64,000 bases of DNA from Eledone cirrhosa (taxonomy: Eukaryota), in contig OZ024743.1 in the NCBI GenBank assembly GCA_964016885.1, positions 283,898,001-283,962,000 of the forward strand. Direction: 5' to 3'. The stretch's first letter is position 1. Every line of letters starts with the position of its first letter. The notes under the pieces are model-generated. The model did no database searches and had not been told where the DNA came from. It saw only the letters and a list, made by a program, of their open reading frames with translations. The position numbers and the translations under genes were made by a program. This document shows positions 26,614 through 41,240 of this stretch, piece by piece.

Positions 26614-29079
26614 GAGATGTACATGGAAGAGAATGATTTCGTGGATGAGTTGAGCGAGAGGAAGACAAAGAACTAATTGCAGAGGATGATGGATATAGAA
26701 CCAGTGATGAATGTTGTGAAGAAGAATGGCATGAGATGTTGGGTCATGATTTGAGGATGGATGAAAGTGACTGGGTAAGAGGAGTGATGGAAATAAATAT
26801 GAAAGGAAGTAGATGAAAGGGAAGACCAAGAAAGACATGGTTAAAATGATGGAGGAGGAAATGAAAACCTTGGGTTGGAGAGGGAGGATACAAATGAAGG
26901 AAAAGTCATGGGGCCTGCAAAGCAACACCTACGTTATCAAGGAAGATAGCATTAAAATGCTTGTGTTGTTGTAGTCTGGCGAAGAAAAAGTACCAATATA
27001 TATTGAGAGAATTGCACTGTATATATATATATATATATATCAGAGAAACAATATGTAAATAGTAAATTGATAGAAAATATCCAAATAGTGATTAGATGCA
27101 CATGATCAGTAGCTGTTGATTGAATATGAACAGAATAGATACAGCATGTAGATCAGTGGCCCTCAATAACATTGATTAGAGAGGGTTGTCAATCATTTAC
27201 CAAAGGACGCATCACTATTTAAAATTACTGAATTACTGAAAACATAAGTAAGTATGGTAGGGTGTTTGTGTGTGGGACTGGGGGTGCGTATGAGTTGTCT
27301 AATATACATATCGATGAAAACAACATTCAATGGTGTGCCAATGTCTTTTTTCTCAATTACAACTTTCGGCTTCACAAAATCTATGATCTTAAAGGAAAGT
27401 AAAACATTGTGATCTTACAGGAAAGTAAAAGAATATATTCATAATCAATTACTGAATAAAATGTTAAAAATTCAAACATTTACTTTACTCATCCATAAAT
27501 TAAAAATATTTCGCCACCATTCACAATCCAAAAGTAATTTCTCATGGACCCTAATGAAGTTACAACTATATTATTGAGAACCACTGCTACGATATACTAT
27601 GTAGAGTTTTTTTTTAGTTATTGTTTAGTCCTAGGTGAATTCTGATCGAACAAATATTTGATAAAAGATATTCCAACCGAGACCACCACAAACATTTGAT
27701 CAAAGATATTCCAGCCGAGACCACCCTATATATTTTTATAATTAAGACTACCTCATTACATATGTCCTTTCAATTTTCTCTGATGACAGTGGGGTGTGAT
27801 TTGAGTAAGATTTGGCTGTTAGCAGCTCGCGTAACCGCATAGAGGCTCTCTCGTTTGTAAAGGTTGACCAGTTAGACATAATCTTTAGATATTGACGAGA
27901 TAGAAAACTTTTACCTATTGACCAAACAGAATTTGCAGATATCTTTTTCATTGACATTGCGACAAGTGTTACTGTTGTTTTTTTCTTCGTTCAACTTGTA
28001 TATTATTGGTGCTTGTGGTCGCTAAAATAGCAAACAAACCATGTTAAGTAAAGTATTTATTTAATAAGCGTAAAACTGTGCAGATATATACAGTACTAAA
28101 AAACTAACAAACAAATCCTCGTTTAAAACAGTAAAGATACATTGAATTATGTAATCCGATATCCTGTGTATCCCGAGGAGATGGTCATGACTGGAACGTC
28201 CTTGATCAATTAGGACCGACATACAACAAAACTGTCCGATTTTTTTTTTTGTTACAATTATTAGAATAACTGCCTCTTTATAAAGTGAATAAATGAAGCA
28301 TAACTATTAGCCAGATCAGCTAAACAGAAGTCCATTGCAGCTCCCACAAACTAGCAATTCGGGCGAATAAAATGTTTTTCTGGTCTACTAACTGTTCCAG
28401 AAAGTGTAGGGAAAATATAATTAATAATAGTAATTAAAAAAAAAACGTACTTATATGTTTACACTCCGGATTAACTATCTATTGATGATTTATAATTCTA
28501 GTAGTTAATTTAGTTTAAGCAAATGCGCACACACATACACACATGCAAACACACACACATATCCACGCAAGACAAACATTACGTAAATATTTGGATATCT
28601 CTCGTGGAAAGAACATATGAGAAGTGGGGTTTATTATTTTTTTTTGACATTTCTTCCCATCTATCTCTGTCAAAGGATCTATTCCATAAATACAATAAAT
28701 GCTAGCAAAAGATGTTTATTTAAGGTATCCCCCAAGTTGCACACGAGGCACCTCTTCTATAAGTAATATTTTTAAAAAGTCAATTTGGCTAGATAAGCTA
28801 GTATATAAGCTTTATTATAAGGATATAGCAAAACACCTCCGACCAGAGATATATTTGGCTACAACGGGGTTGGTAATATAGTTACATTCAGACACAGCCC
28901 ACAATGTGAGTGGGGCTGCATCGAAGACAGACAGAAAATACACACCGGAACCGATAAAGTATTTTAATATAGTAGAGGAGAGATGAAACTTCGAAAAAAT
29001 AAGCGAATATTGATAGGTAAGCTAATCAGAAATATGGAATATAATTCCTTATTGCCAAATATCTTGCCCATTTATTATC

Positions 29080-29565
29080 AGAGGGGTACCGGCAAGGACA
29101 GGTGCCCGGATGGTGTCTTCCCAGCATTCAGTTACTGACGCGAGTAACAAGGAGGATCGAGCAGCCACCAGTCAGTCAAATCTAGGTTCTGTCGACGGAA
29201 AAATACGACTCCGTCTCCGCTTATAGATACTCTGCGGGTGTGTGTCTGGTCAGACTCTGACCCGGAACAAAGCGCCAGTTCTAAAAATTACCTTTGTGTC
29301 TTTGGACCTATATGTCGCCTCTTTACTAGCCGAGGAAGCTATCCTCGGTACGCTTTAGAACTAACCAAATTAGTGGTATTATTTAAGGAGAGGAGGTGGC
29401 AAAGAAGAAAGAAAGAACCAAGAACCAAATCAGCGTCGAAGTGGCGCTTATTGAAGGCGGAAGCGAGAGAAAAGAAGTTGTATCTGTATCTATTTGTAAA
29501 AATATTCTGAGACTAATGTTCCAGGCGAAGAATCACAGAACTACCCGGGTGTGCAACATGTAAGT
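29080..29565 (+). promoter_or_regulatory. Putative promoter and non-coding first exon with splice donor (CAT|GTAAGT at 29559/29560)
   Basis: Locally GC- and CpG-rich, free of recognisable transposons, consensus GTAAGT donor. Linkage to the acceptor at 43185 is inferred. Confidence 0.5.
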
Positions 29566-32500
29566 ATTGACTATTATATCAGTTCTCTACCATAATTTTT
29601 ACCAGAGACTCAGAGTAAGCGCCCACCGATGTGTCCGTTAGTAAATCCAGCTGTCCAGGTCGAACGGGAGGAAAGTTGGCGTCATCACCTTTACCTAGAA
29701 GCTGTCTCTCTGTCTTGTCACTTTCCGTTTAATGGTGTCAAACATGCATAACGTGCATACAGTAATGTGGAAGCATGTCTCCTATCAAACTGATTGATCA
29801 TTGATCAATACGGGAATTTAGCTCCGTTACTAGAAATCTTTTATTCGATCAGATCACCTGCTCTGTGTATTAATCATAAAGTATATTTGAAATTTCAATG
29901 AAGCTCAACACAACTTCTTTCAAACCTTTACCTTATTTATCCTACAGTACTTTACGAGACATAGATTCCCGTAAATACCTTTGACAGCTGCTACTTGATT
30001 GTTCTTCCATAGGATGCCCTGATCTCAGGCTGATTGAGGATGTTGGAGAAATTTGTCCATATTTTGTTAATAAAACTCGACAAGGCTAAAACTATAACCT
30101 TTATTATTTTGAAATATAAAGATAACAGTATTGTATAAATTACTGACTTTTATTTCAATCCAGAAACTCATTTTACACGTATACTTTCTGAATCCTCTCC
30201 CATTGAACTTGATTAATCTTAACTTTTTGTTGTCGTTGTTATTTCGAACAAGATCATTTTTTTAACTTTGGAATCGTTACACTACCATTTGTTTTATTTT
30301 CAATAAGTATTTTTTAACTAAGCAGCGGTAATTATTTTTTAATTGCTCGATCTAAATTAGGTGAATGTACTCTTAACACCAACTACCCAACTTAATGGCT
30401 TTGTGGTACTCGTCAATGCGTCCACCTCATTCATATAAACTGCCTTGCCAATTCCTTCAGTTTCAATAGCGCCTTGTCATTTCATTGCCACGGCATAGAA
30501 GGTTACATTCCTATCGGAGGCTATTACTACATTCTTTTTAACACTCCAGCATCTATGCTCTCCGAAACTTATCAAAGACACGGAAAGAAAGAACAATAAA
30601 AACTTCGATTTGATGTCACGTGCATTCTTCTACAATTGAACATATATAGACTTGGTCCAACTCAATATCATCTATTTATATTCTTCTGTCTCGAAATCAG
30701 TTTATCCAGCTTTTCTTTTGTATTTCTGGAATCAACCGAAATCAGTAGGGAGTGGTTATATTGTTTTTTTTCTCTCTCTCTCGCGTTTTTTATATACTAC
30801 CTTAACTTCTGCCCAATTCTATCACTTAATTCCATTTTTTATTCATGTTTGCTATCCTCCCCAATTTATCTACAGTAATTCTAACCTGATCGACTCCTCT
30901 GCCTCGTTTATACGTCCTGGACGACGGTGTGGGTAGCCCACAGCCAACTTCCGTTAGGAATCGCTGCTCTGACAAGGTGTCATCACCTTCCATAGACCCT
31001 GCTTAGTTGCTTACAGAATACGTCTGATTCACCGCGAATCTTTGTTTCCTATGATTGCTTTTTTTTTTTTTCAATTCCAAATTCTCTTTATTCATTGTGT
31101 AGTTTTTGTTTTACAGTACACTAACTTTCAGCTTATAGCTGTTGTGAACATATTCTTCTGACTCTCCCGCACTCTCGCACACAGATACACACACACTTCT
31201 TATTTCTGAATTAATTTCTTTCCTTGCTCTTACTGGCCCTTTTCTGTTATCTTGCGTTTATTAAGACGACAGGTTTATTAATTTGTCACGGATACAAATT
31301 GTAGGCGAAAAGAATTTTTTTTTATTTGAAAAGCAACAATAACAACTATATCAGCGTCATAAACGTCGGGCATCTCTTTCTATTAATCGTTTGTGTTCGT
31401 TATAACATTGATGTGTAATATAAAATATGAGTGGAAAATAATGGTATTGCGCGAGTGAAAAAAGTAACAGCCCTGAATGAGGCGCACCCACATACAACTT
31501 CATCCGACGTGAGGGAACGAGCGACAACCACTGTCGCTTGCTGCTAACGAAAACTGATACAGCCTCTTCTTGGTTGGAGCAAAACCAGAACAAATGTTGG
31601 TTTTCTTATTTCTATCGCTTTGCACAGTTTTGTTCAACTGGGTAGATATAAAGTCGCCATAAGTGACAATGCTGGCTCCATAACCATTTAAATGGTCAGT
31701 GTCAGTCATATTGCCGGCTCATTTCCCCATCATCTTTCGCCTCTGGCCTCATTTCACGTCACTGACCCCCGGCTCCACTTCATACTTTTCATCTTAGGAA
31801 CCGTGTCGTAAGGATGATAAAGTGCTGTAATTGTTTCCTAAATTTCAATATGTGTATTAAGAGGAATTTAGTTCTATACATTAATCCCTTTTACAAACGG
31901 TGTGATTTCTCATGAGGAAGAAATGAATCTAAACAGGACTATTGACAAGTTATTCTTATTTATATCTTACTCATTAAATTGAACTACTCCTTTCGCCGTA
32001 TAATTTCATTTTTATGGCAAGCAGTTTGCAAGTTCAAATTAACTCCACTGAAATTTCTTATTCGTGATTTTCCCCGTTTTTTAAAGTTTAAATCTTCATA
32101 GCCTTAACTTAGTTTCAGGGTGCTCCATCGCTGAGTGGCTGCAGTTTACCTTCTACATCCTACACAAAGTTAATATTTAAGTCTCCTAGTGGATCCGTTG
32201 CGACATTTTTATCCATACGTTTGTTACGCTTCCCTACAATTATTTCCTATTCACTCTGTTAGAAAGTCTTTATGGTTTTACCCAACCATGTACTACCCTA
32301 CATCATTTTAACGACACTGGTTACACACTTGATTCGACTTTTCTCGGTTAAACCGTAAGTCATATTTTTATTTATTTATTATTTTTATTACATATAAAAA
32401 AAAAAACTAATACCATACATTACTCGTTTTTTTATTTATATCCCACTACGTTTCTGATCTTCGATTTCATTTCTTCTTACCGCTGTGCTTTCAGTTTGTT

Positions 32501-35252
32501 CGTTTTTTCACTAACAAAAATGAAAATGGAGAAGGGGTTAATGTACACTATCCATTTGTTGCACTGATTTAGGAGTTGTGTATTTTCACACTCCACCTTA
32601 CACTATAAAAAGTCGTATTTTTAGTGACTAATAACTTATACTAAACTTTGAAATGAGAATCAGTATGTCTGCACGTTCTAAATTCCTTCAGAAAAACCTC
32701 ACATTGTTGTTTGTATGTCGTATTTGTTAAATATTTTGTTGAGAGCGGAAACAGTTTCAGTAAATCCCCCAATTTCAGTTTCTAGACAGTAATAAATTCC
32801 GATTTTACTTTTTGTAGTTTCCTAAATATAACCCTCCACATCATTCACCTGACATGGGACTCTTCTCATTAGATATTTCAAAGCCAGTGAATTGGACTGC
32901 ATTTTTGATATTTATTCATCCAGGAAGAGCACACTCTGTTTCAGGGCATATATAGAAAACATGTTATATGAACCCAAATGTGGCCTGTTAGAGCTCAGTT
33001 TGGACTACGATATATTTGGAAATTATATTTATTTAGAAAAAAAGCTGTCAAAATAACGGCGACAGAAATATATGTGATTGTCGAATTCAAACTAAAAAAC
33101 AAAAAGATAATCTAAAATTGAAATATTAAAAATTTTAATATACTTAGAAAAGACGGGAAAGAACTATACCGATGACTTTTGTAAGCCTATCTATACTAGT
33201 AAGATACATTTTGGTTGATGTAGGAGAAACGTGGCCAAGGAAAGGATTCCAGGTGGCCGGTACACATAGCATTTCTCCTTATAGAAATATGGATGGTCCT
33301 TGCAGTTCCTATAGTTTTGATCGATTAGTTAAACATTTTAACCCTTAGCATTGTAGCTTCTCTGATACTATGTTCTGTTAGTTTGCTGTTGTTTCGTCAG
33401 GGTTAGAATGCATACTATACTAGTATAAATACGTTAAGTTTACCTTCGTCCTCATCCATTTTTTTCATTTTCTTTTCTACTTTTATGATTTGTCTTTACA
33501 ATATCAATTAGCAAAAGCCAGTTGGCTTTGATGTTGATTTACAAACTGTTAGCTACATAATGTCAATAGGGCTACAGATTTTTATTGAGTAGCTCTCCGG
33601 TTAGCTCTTCGTGTTTGATTTTTTGAATAAGGTAGTCAAGCACTTAAGCAGCTCAATGTTGCAGGCGTTCACGCATAAATGTTTAACCTCTAATATAAAG
33701 GTAAAACCATCCCATCTTTTTTGGAGAGCATAGTATCCTGAACGTTAGTACTTAAACACGTCAACATGGTGTGGTGGTATGGAATTTGTTATGGAAAGTT
33801 TGGCTATTATATTTTAAAATGTGTTGTATGTATTACATGTGAAAAAAATCATCCCTCTTTTTGGACAGGACACCATTCTATTACAGGTTTTGTTTGTGGA
33901 AGGATTTGAGTTATACCATGCTTATACTAACTTAGCCCCCCTCCATTTATGTATATTCAGGTAATGTGGGATGTTTGAAATTATTATCATTGTTATAAAC
34001 ACAATACAGCTGGTAACCAGCTAAGAATTGCTGGTCCTTACTTTGACCACTACACTGACTCGGTCAGTAACTTATTTAAATACTAAACTCCAGTTAGTGA
34101 GAGCAATGAAATAAATGTCTATCAAGTGGAAGAATTTCTAGATTTCAGTATAATAAACATTAATTATCTTTTTAATCTTAATCTTCTTAATTATTGTACT
34201 GCACATCAGGTTATCCTTGGTTGGTTTCAATAGCATATCAGTTTTTCTCTCAACACCTTTTCTGGAGCAATACACTTCTCACAGTACAATGTATAGAAGG
34301 ACAGCCTCTCAGATTGCCAGCTATCAACTCTTCGCTCTTATTTCCAACATGTGATGGAGATAGTCAGAAGTGAATACCAATATCACCATGAGTCTGTATT
34401 TGATTTCCTGTGGTTTTTTGGCCAAGATAACTTAAACAAAAGCAGTATTGTTACCCTTGAAATGAACAAAGCCTTCTCAGTAATTTTTTTACTTAGCGAT
34501 TCCATCTATCTCCCATCCTTCAAATTGAAAATTTCCCTCCAGATCGATCCATCACAGCTTGTGTTAATATAGTTACTGGCTCATTTATTATAGACTTTGG
34601 TGTGCCTCAGTTATGTTACCTTCTGTTGTAAGAAGTGATATAGAAATTGTATACCAAGACTATTCACCAATTGCTGTTACAGCTTATCTGGTTTAAGTAA
34701 GCAAGAGAATTTGCCTGCCCATCCATTATATGTTACATTGTTAGAAACTAGCAGAATCAAATATTCACCCTCTTCAAGAAAAGCAATGAACTATGTAAAA
34801 TTAGCAAAAGTTAACAGCAATAGCACAATTCAAATTTGAAATTAAATTTATAGTTTGAACATTGAATTGAGAGGTGATAGCACAGTCATCAACTGCCACT
34901 AAAAAATATTTGTTTCAAAATACCAACTGTTTTGGTCTTGTAAAATCTAATGAGATTGTTCCATAGATTATTAAGTATTATTCCATAATATTGTAAAAGT
35001 AAGGTTTTAGATTTGTGTATATTTGTCAATCGTAACAGATTTTATGAAAACCTTAGAAAACAAAGCAATCTTTTCAAACTGCAACAATTTTTCCGTACTT
35101 GGGTGTCACAATTCATTGTGAATACATAATCCTATTGAATAGAACATCACACTGAAGACAAGACATCAGTATGTACATTCTGTTTTGCACATTGATAGTA
35201 GATGTTAAAACTATATGAAGTTTGACTCTTCAGTGCAACATTTTGATCTTGT

Positions 35253-35605
35253 CATCATTTAACGTCCATTTTTCCATACTAGCATGGGTTAGACGAGTTA
35301 TCCTGTTGTGAGCAATGTCAAGTCAGGTGACTCACACAGAACTGATTTTGACTTGGTTTCTACAGCTGGTTGCCCTTCCTAATGCCAACCTCAGTGAATA
35401 CTGGGTGCTTTTTGTTGTGACGCCTACACAACCACTTTACTGTGTGGACTATGTGCTTTTTGTTGTGACACCTACACGACCACTTTACAGTGCGGGCTGG
35501 GCGTTTTTTGTTGTGTCACCATCGCGACCACTTTACAATGTGAGCTGAGCGCTTTTTGTCATGTTGCCATCATGACCACCTTACAGTGTGGACTGGAGGC
35601 TTTAT
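35253..35605 (-). mobile_element. Solo RTE 3' tail with ~5 tandem units
   Basis: Reverse complement of the RTE 3'UTR. Further solo or decayed tails occur at ~23050-23421 (+), 51188-51520 (-), 53150-54030 (+) and 57307-57713 (-). Confidence 0.8.
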
Positions 35606-35949
35606 TGGATATATACTTATGCAAGAGAAAAAAGCAACTAATGTATAAGTGTTGATAACAGTTAAAAAATAAATGTCATGGTGTCATTTATATTTTAGTT
35701 TTTGTTACTACAACTTAAGCTCTGAATTTGTAATCATCTATAGACTATTTTTGAATGCGTATAGCAGTATTTCACTTGGGGAATCAAATTAGTGAAACTT
35801 ATAACAGCAAGCAAAATTTAACAATAGAAGAGGGGTTTCCAAGTCATCACAGAAGAATGTTTAGACATGAAACTAGCCAAGTATTGCATCCAAGCAGAGA
35901 TTGTAACCAAAAGTGACTTCTATGTGTACAATTTATCAGCATTTATATG

Positions 35950-37010
35950 TCGACTACATTCATCCCTGACCAACATGCAGACACTCAAAACACCACTGAT
36001 CTCTTTCTCACTTCCAAACGTAACCTCTACATTATTACATCTAATTACCACACATCCATATACTACACAATGTCTCATCATCATTTCCTGGATCCTATGG
36101 CATTTCAAGTTAACTGACTGCTCAGAACTCTGACATACAAAAATTCACAGCCCCAAGTTCACCATGAAGATAGCTTTTACATAGCACCACAGCACCTGCA
36201 GACCAATTTTTGAACCGTGTAGGATGCCTCTGTGCACAGTACTGCCCTCAAGATTTTCTGTTTTTTCGAAGTGCAGCTGATCTCCCTTTGGTCTCTTGCT
36301 AAAAGGAATTGTGTCATGTTTGTGAAATCCTCTTTTCCTGCACTTCTCAATAATGAACAGTACTCCCACAGAGAAAGCTTCCATATTCATTGCCTATTTT
36401 GCATCCAACTCTGCACTGAACACACTAGATAAATTTCCTCCCAAAGTATTCTCTTCCACTCCTCCAGGCTGATCACCACACACTAAGTATGAAAGTACCT
36501 CTGGTTACAAACCTAGACTTCTAACCATGCCAATCTTTCTGTTATTCTTAAACAATGCACCCCAGAACTAGCCTATAAACTCTTCAATGTATCTTTCTCT
36601 CTACCAGAATATATTTCAATGTTTGGAATATGTGACAGTATATTCCATTCTCAATAAGGGCAACTTCTTTGTCTCTGCCAACTCTTGTCCTACTGTATTC
36701 ACTTTCAAAATCTCAATAGTGATAATAACACATTTCTGTAACACTTTCAGTCTTTTTCCTCCTTAATGATCACCAGTACAATTTTTGTAATGACAGATCA
36801 ATTTCAGATTTACTATCCTTTGTCACTCACCAGGTAGCTCTTGTTCATGAGAAATTTTATGAAAGTAGTGTTATTTTCAAGATCAAAGCTTTTGACAGTG
36901 TCCAGCTAGTGAATCCCCTCTGAAAACTACCCACCTATGGACCCCATCTATGTCTCATCTTTTGAATTAGTGGCTTCCTATAGATTGTGTTATCATGGTG
37001 TGTGCTAGTG
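35950..37010 (+). mobile_element. Ancient CR1/Jockey-like LINE remnant
   Basis: LKQCTPEL..PILNKG..LLNDHQYNF..DLL and KAFDSV remnants. Confidence 0.5.
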
Positions 37011-37043
37011 GAACACACAGAATTTAGTTAGGTCTGTATACAT

Positions 37044-37432
37044 TCTGAGTTCAATTTTGTCAAGGTCAACTTTGCTGTTCATCCTTCTGGCATTAATAAC
37101 ATAAGTACCAGTCAAGTATTGAAGCTGATTGAATCAGTTATTGCCCTATCCCATGAGGCTTTGTACCTATATTAGAAATCATTATTATTACTGTCAATGT
37201 GATTTTGTTATTGTTAGTCAAAGGGCATTGGATTGGCAGTAGAGGGTTGGACAGCATGCTTTGCGGCTTAGTTATGGCCCTTTACATTCTGAGTTCAAAT
37301 CCTACTGTGGTTAAATTTGCCTTTCATCCTTATGGGGTCGATAACATAAAGTACCAGTAACACACTGAGGTCAATTTAATTGACCTCCCCCCCAAAAAAT
37401 CGTTGGCCTTGCGCCTAAAATTAGAAACCATT
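37044..37432 (+). mobile_element. Two Nin-type SINE copies
   Basis: B box plus Nin core; the better copy is 37223-37432. Confidence 0.75.
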
Positions 37433-38946
37433 GTTATTGTCAATGTAAGAAACTATTATTATTCTTTTCAGATTGTTGAGTTAACAGACATAGTAGATTG
37501 ATATCTTGCAGTGTTTAGTTACATTCCATTATATTCTAAGTTCAAATTTCTCCACAGTCAAATTCTCTAGGGGTCCATAAAATATGTACCAAAGATGTAT
37601 CCTCATAAGCAGTAGAATCTGAGGAAATTACTGATGGTCTGTGTCAGCAATTAGTGAGTATAAACAGTTCAAATGTGGAGTAATGTTGTTTGCCATGAGG
37701 AAGAAGGAAAATCTCATATTTTGAACAACCCATCTTCAATGAGAGATGTTTTTTTTTTATGGTAGTGAGAAAGAGAAAAAAGAAAATTGTGAAGAATGGT
37801 TGAAAATGGAAAATAGTGAAGAATAAGGAAGACTGAAAGGCAAAAAACATATTGGTAGGGGGTGGACACTGGTCAATGTAGGGAGATAATTAACATGAAG
37901 GCTAGCAAACTTGAAATATGAGGAAAAAAAGGAAAGGTAAAGATCAAGAAAAGAGTAGAAAATTTGAAAAGCTGGAAAAAAGAGGGCCAAACTTGGAAAA
38001 TGAGTAATGGGGTGAGTTGAGGTGTATGGAGAATAGAAGAAAACATATAAGTTGCTAAACTGCAGACATTGAATAATTGAAGTTGATTAGGAGAATAAAG
38101 CACATTTATTAATGCCTGTGGATGAGGGATTCCCTCGAGTAAAGATAGCTTTTTCTCTGTGCTTGCATAGGTGATAACATGGAATTGAGGTTGGGGGCTG
38201 GTTTATATATGTATTGTCTGTGATGAAGGGACAAGTATATCATGTACAGTGGAAGTATTTGAATTTGCTGTGAAATAAGCTGATAGGAAAGCTTCTGACC
38301 GAAGTTTCACATAAGTTTTTGTCCCTTTTGAAAGATGGGAAGAGAGAATTGGAAAAGATAGCAGTTTGAGATTTATAAGAAAGAAAAATGTGGTGCATAG
38401 TTCATTGAGATAGCAGAGCTGATGAATGGAAAGTGGTAGAAAAGGGAAGCCTACTGTATTTTCCAGCGGTCGAAGGCGCTATTTTTTTCTTAAAATAAGT
38501 CTAAAAAATCTACCCTGTGTCCTGGAGGCTGAAGGTTGTTTATTTTTTTTCAAATTTTTGGTTGTCAAAATTAGGGTGCGTCCTTTGGTGCCGGGAAATA
38601 CAGTAACTTAGAATGTGTGTGTGGTAAGAGTACCAAGGCTTCTGTGGAGTGTAGCATTAATTGTTGATGAAGGGTAATGATGTGCAGGGAAGAATTAGCA
38701 AATTTCTTTAAATTTGGAAAGAAATTTGACTAGTTGTGAGAAGGTGATGGTAGTTTTAGTGAGAGTAGAATGAAAAGTCAAGGTAGAGATGTGAGGTCTA
38801 TTGATAGTGACAGAGATGTTGAGAAGTGTTGGGTACAACAGAAATAAATTCTATTGTAGGCTGGAAGGTGTTGATGTTAGAGATGAAGACACTGAGTTCA
38901 TCACTTAATAGTGAGGTGATGCTAATACTATTGTCACTATAACAAC

Positions 38947-40110
38947 CAAAGTCTATGTTAAGTGTCTGGCAAAGAGATGTAGGGAGTCCAAACTAGCTGA
39001 TGAACAGTGTGGTTTTTGCCCCGGAAGCAGCATAGCTGACCAAATATTCACACTGCAGCAGGTCTTTGGGAAATTGTGGGAGTACTGCCTACAGGTGTAT
39101 TCTTGCTTTGTAGACCTCAAAAAGGTATATGACCGTTCCACGGGACCTGCTGTAGAAGGTTCTGCAGGAGTATGGGATCGACGGTCAGCTTCTTGTTGCC
39201 CTGATGTCTCTATAAGAATGCCTGTATATTTGTGTTTAGATAAATGGTGCTAAATTGAAACCATTCAATGTTGGAGTCGGACTTCGCAAAGGATGCATAC
39301 TGCCACCTCTCCTGTTCATTATTTTCATGAACAGGATTGACATGCGCAGCCAGGTTTGAAGTGATATCACAACTGGCAGAATCAGTCAGCCGGAATATGC
39401 ACACAACATGATATTACTTAACTCCAACTTGCACTTGACAGATTTGATGCCGACAGCTGCATGGCTGGAATGAAAATCAGTGCTGCAAAAACTATGACAC
39501 TCATCCTCTCAAGGAAGCCTGCGCAGTGCATTCTATATGTTTCACTGAAGCAAGTGGAAAAGCTCAAGTATCTTGGGGCTGTGTTCATGAGTGATGGAAA
39601 ACATAAGGCTAAATTAAGTGCAAGAATTGCAGGATCTGGTGCAGTAACGCTTCAGCATTCAGTAATCAGAAGGGAGATAGGTGTAAAAGCCAAACTCACT
39701 ATTTTCAATTCAGTATTCATGCCAACCTTTACAATCGTGAATACAAGTGGCCGAAATGGAGTTCCTGCACAAGGGTTTTTGGAGTAACATTATTCAATAG
39801 ATTGTGTAGCTCGGAGATCACATAGCACTCCAGATAGAGCCTCTACTTCTCCTAATTGAAAGATGGCAGCTCCAGTACTATGGTCATGTGGTTAAAATGT
39901 GTCAGGAAAGAGTTGCTGGACAAATTTTATGGGCAAAACCAACTGACAGGAGACATTGGGGTAAACCGCGAGCAGGATAGTTGAATAACATCCATGAGCT
40001 CAGCTTGTCTCGCTTGGGAATCCAGCTGGATCACTTCTGACAGGACCTATTGGAAAGAGTGTTTGAGGACTTGCTCTCACTACCCTCTCAGGAATAATTG
40101 GGCAAAGAAG
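38947..40110 (+). mobile_element. Decayed Rex3/Expander-like RTE, RT to 3' end
   Basis: DEQCGFCPG..DQIFTL..CFVDLKKVYDR, VGLRKGCILPP, KQVEKLKYLG, YYGHVVKM. Confidence 0.8.
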
Positions 40111-40699
40111 ACTATAACAACTTGGGTACTTCATTGAATTGGGAAAAGATCTGTTACTGAATATAACTCACAAAAAGTTTGACCATACTAATTGTTTGAT
40201 GGTAGAACTGACTGGAGAAAGAAACAGTTCAGATAGGTAGAGAAGGGTTGTGGTGCATGGTTCAGGTGAGAAGTGGATGTTGGAGAAATGTTTATGGGAT
40301 AAGAGTTCATGCTGTATAGGAATTTCAAATATAGTGGAAAGAGTTGGAAGGGTCCAAGAGGAAAGGAAAATAGTTAAGATTAAGGATATAGTTAGTATCT
40401 TTGGTATAGGAGGACAGAGCTGTGATGTGTGACATGAGTTTATGGAAGTAACTGGGTAGGAATTTGATGGGGAAGCAGCAGGCAGAGATGTTAAGGCAAA
40501 TGTGATATTTGGATTTATGGGCTCTTCAGAATAAGATAGATGGTGAAGGTTTAAGGGATGTTTATGGCTTAGCAGTGGTGGTGGGGAGTGCAGAGAAATA
40601 AGTGAGTCACTTCATGGTATGGGATAAACATTTTTGGTTCTATGGTCCCTTGCAGTTGCCACATTTTAAACAATGACATTATTGAACTGTTTAGAATAC

Positions 40700-41240
40700 A
40701 TACGCATAGAGTTACGGCCCTTGCCATTCTCAGTTCAAATCCCGCCGAGGTTAACTTTGCCTTTCATCCTTACGGGGTCGATAAAATAAAGTACCAGTAA
40801 TGTACTGGCCTTGTACCAAAAGTAGAAACAATTATATTATCTCTTAATATAATTGTTTCTACTTTAGGCACAAGGCCAGCAAATACCCAGTGCATTACTG
40901 GTACTTTATTTTATCGACCTCGTAAGGATGAAAGGCAAAGTCAACCTCGGCGGGATTTGAACTCAGATCGTAAAGGGACGTAACTATGCTGGAAAGCATG
41001 GCATCCGACCCTCTACCGATACTGTCAATCCACCGCCTATCTCTTAATATAATGTATTCTAAATGATGGATTGGCAGTATCGATAGAGGGTTGGACGCCA
41101 TACTTTGCAGCAAAGAGTTATGGTCTGAGTTCAAATCTCGTCGAAGTTAACTTTTCCTTTCATCCTTACGGGTCGATAAAATAAAGTACCAGTAATACAG
41201 TGGGATAATTGATGGCCTTGTGCCAAAAGTAGAAACAATT
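40700..41240. mobile_element. Cluster of three Nin-type SINEs in + / - / + orientation
   Basis: 40700-40833 (+), 40854-41037 (-, with TSD TATCTCTTAATATAAT on both sides) and 41066-41240 (+). Other copies at 41724-41806, 50015-50362 and 61310-61405. Confidence 0.88.

Larger units (their letters stand above)
23430..26970 (+). mobile_element. Old decayed PHD-bearing RTE, interrupted by nested insertions at 25507-26613
   Basis: GGDLNGHV, LDKMQFGFV, LEKAFD, PWELLYVDDL, degenerate finger C..WVHKKCSG..CKVC (25280-25416); C-terminal region resumes after 26614. Confidence 0.75.

Noticed and set aside
31500-31709. 69-aa minus-strand ORF in the CpG-rich region
   Set aside because: No recognisable domain or splice support.
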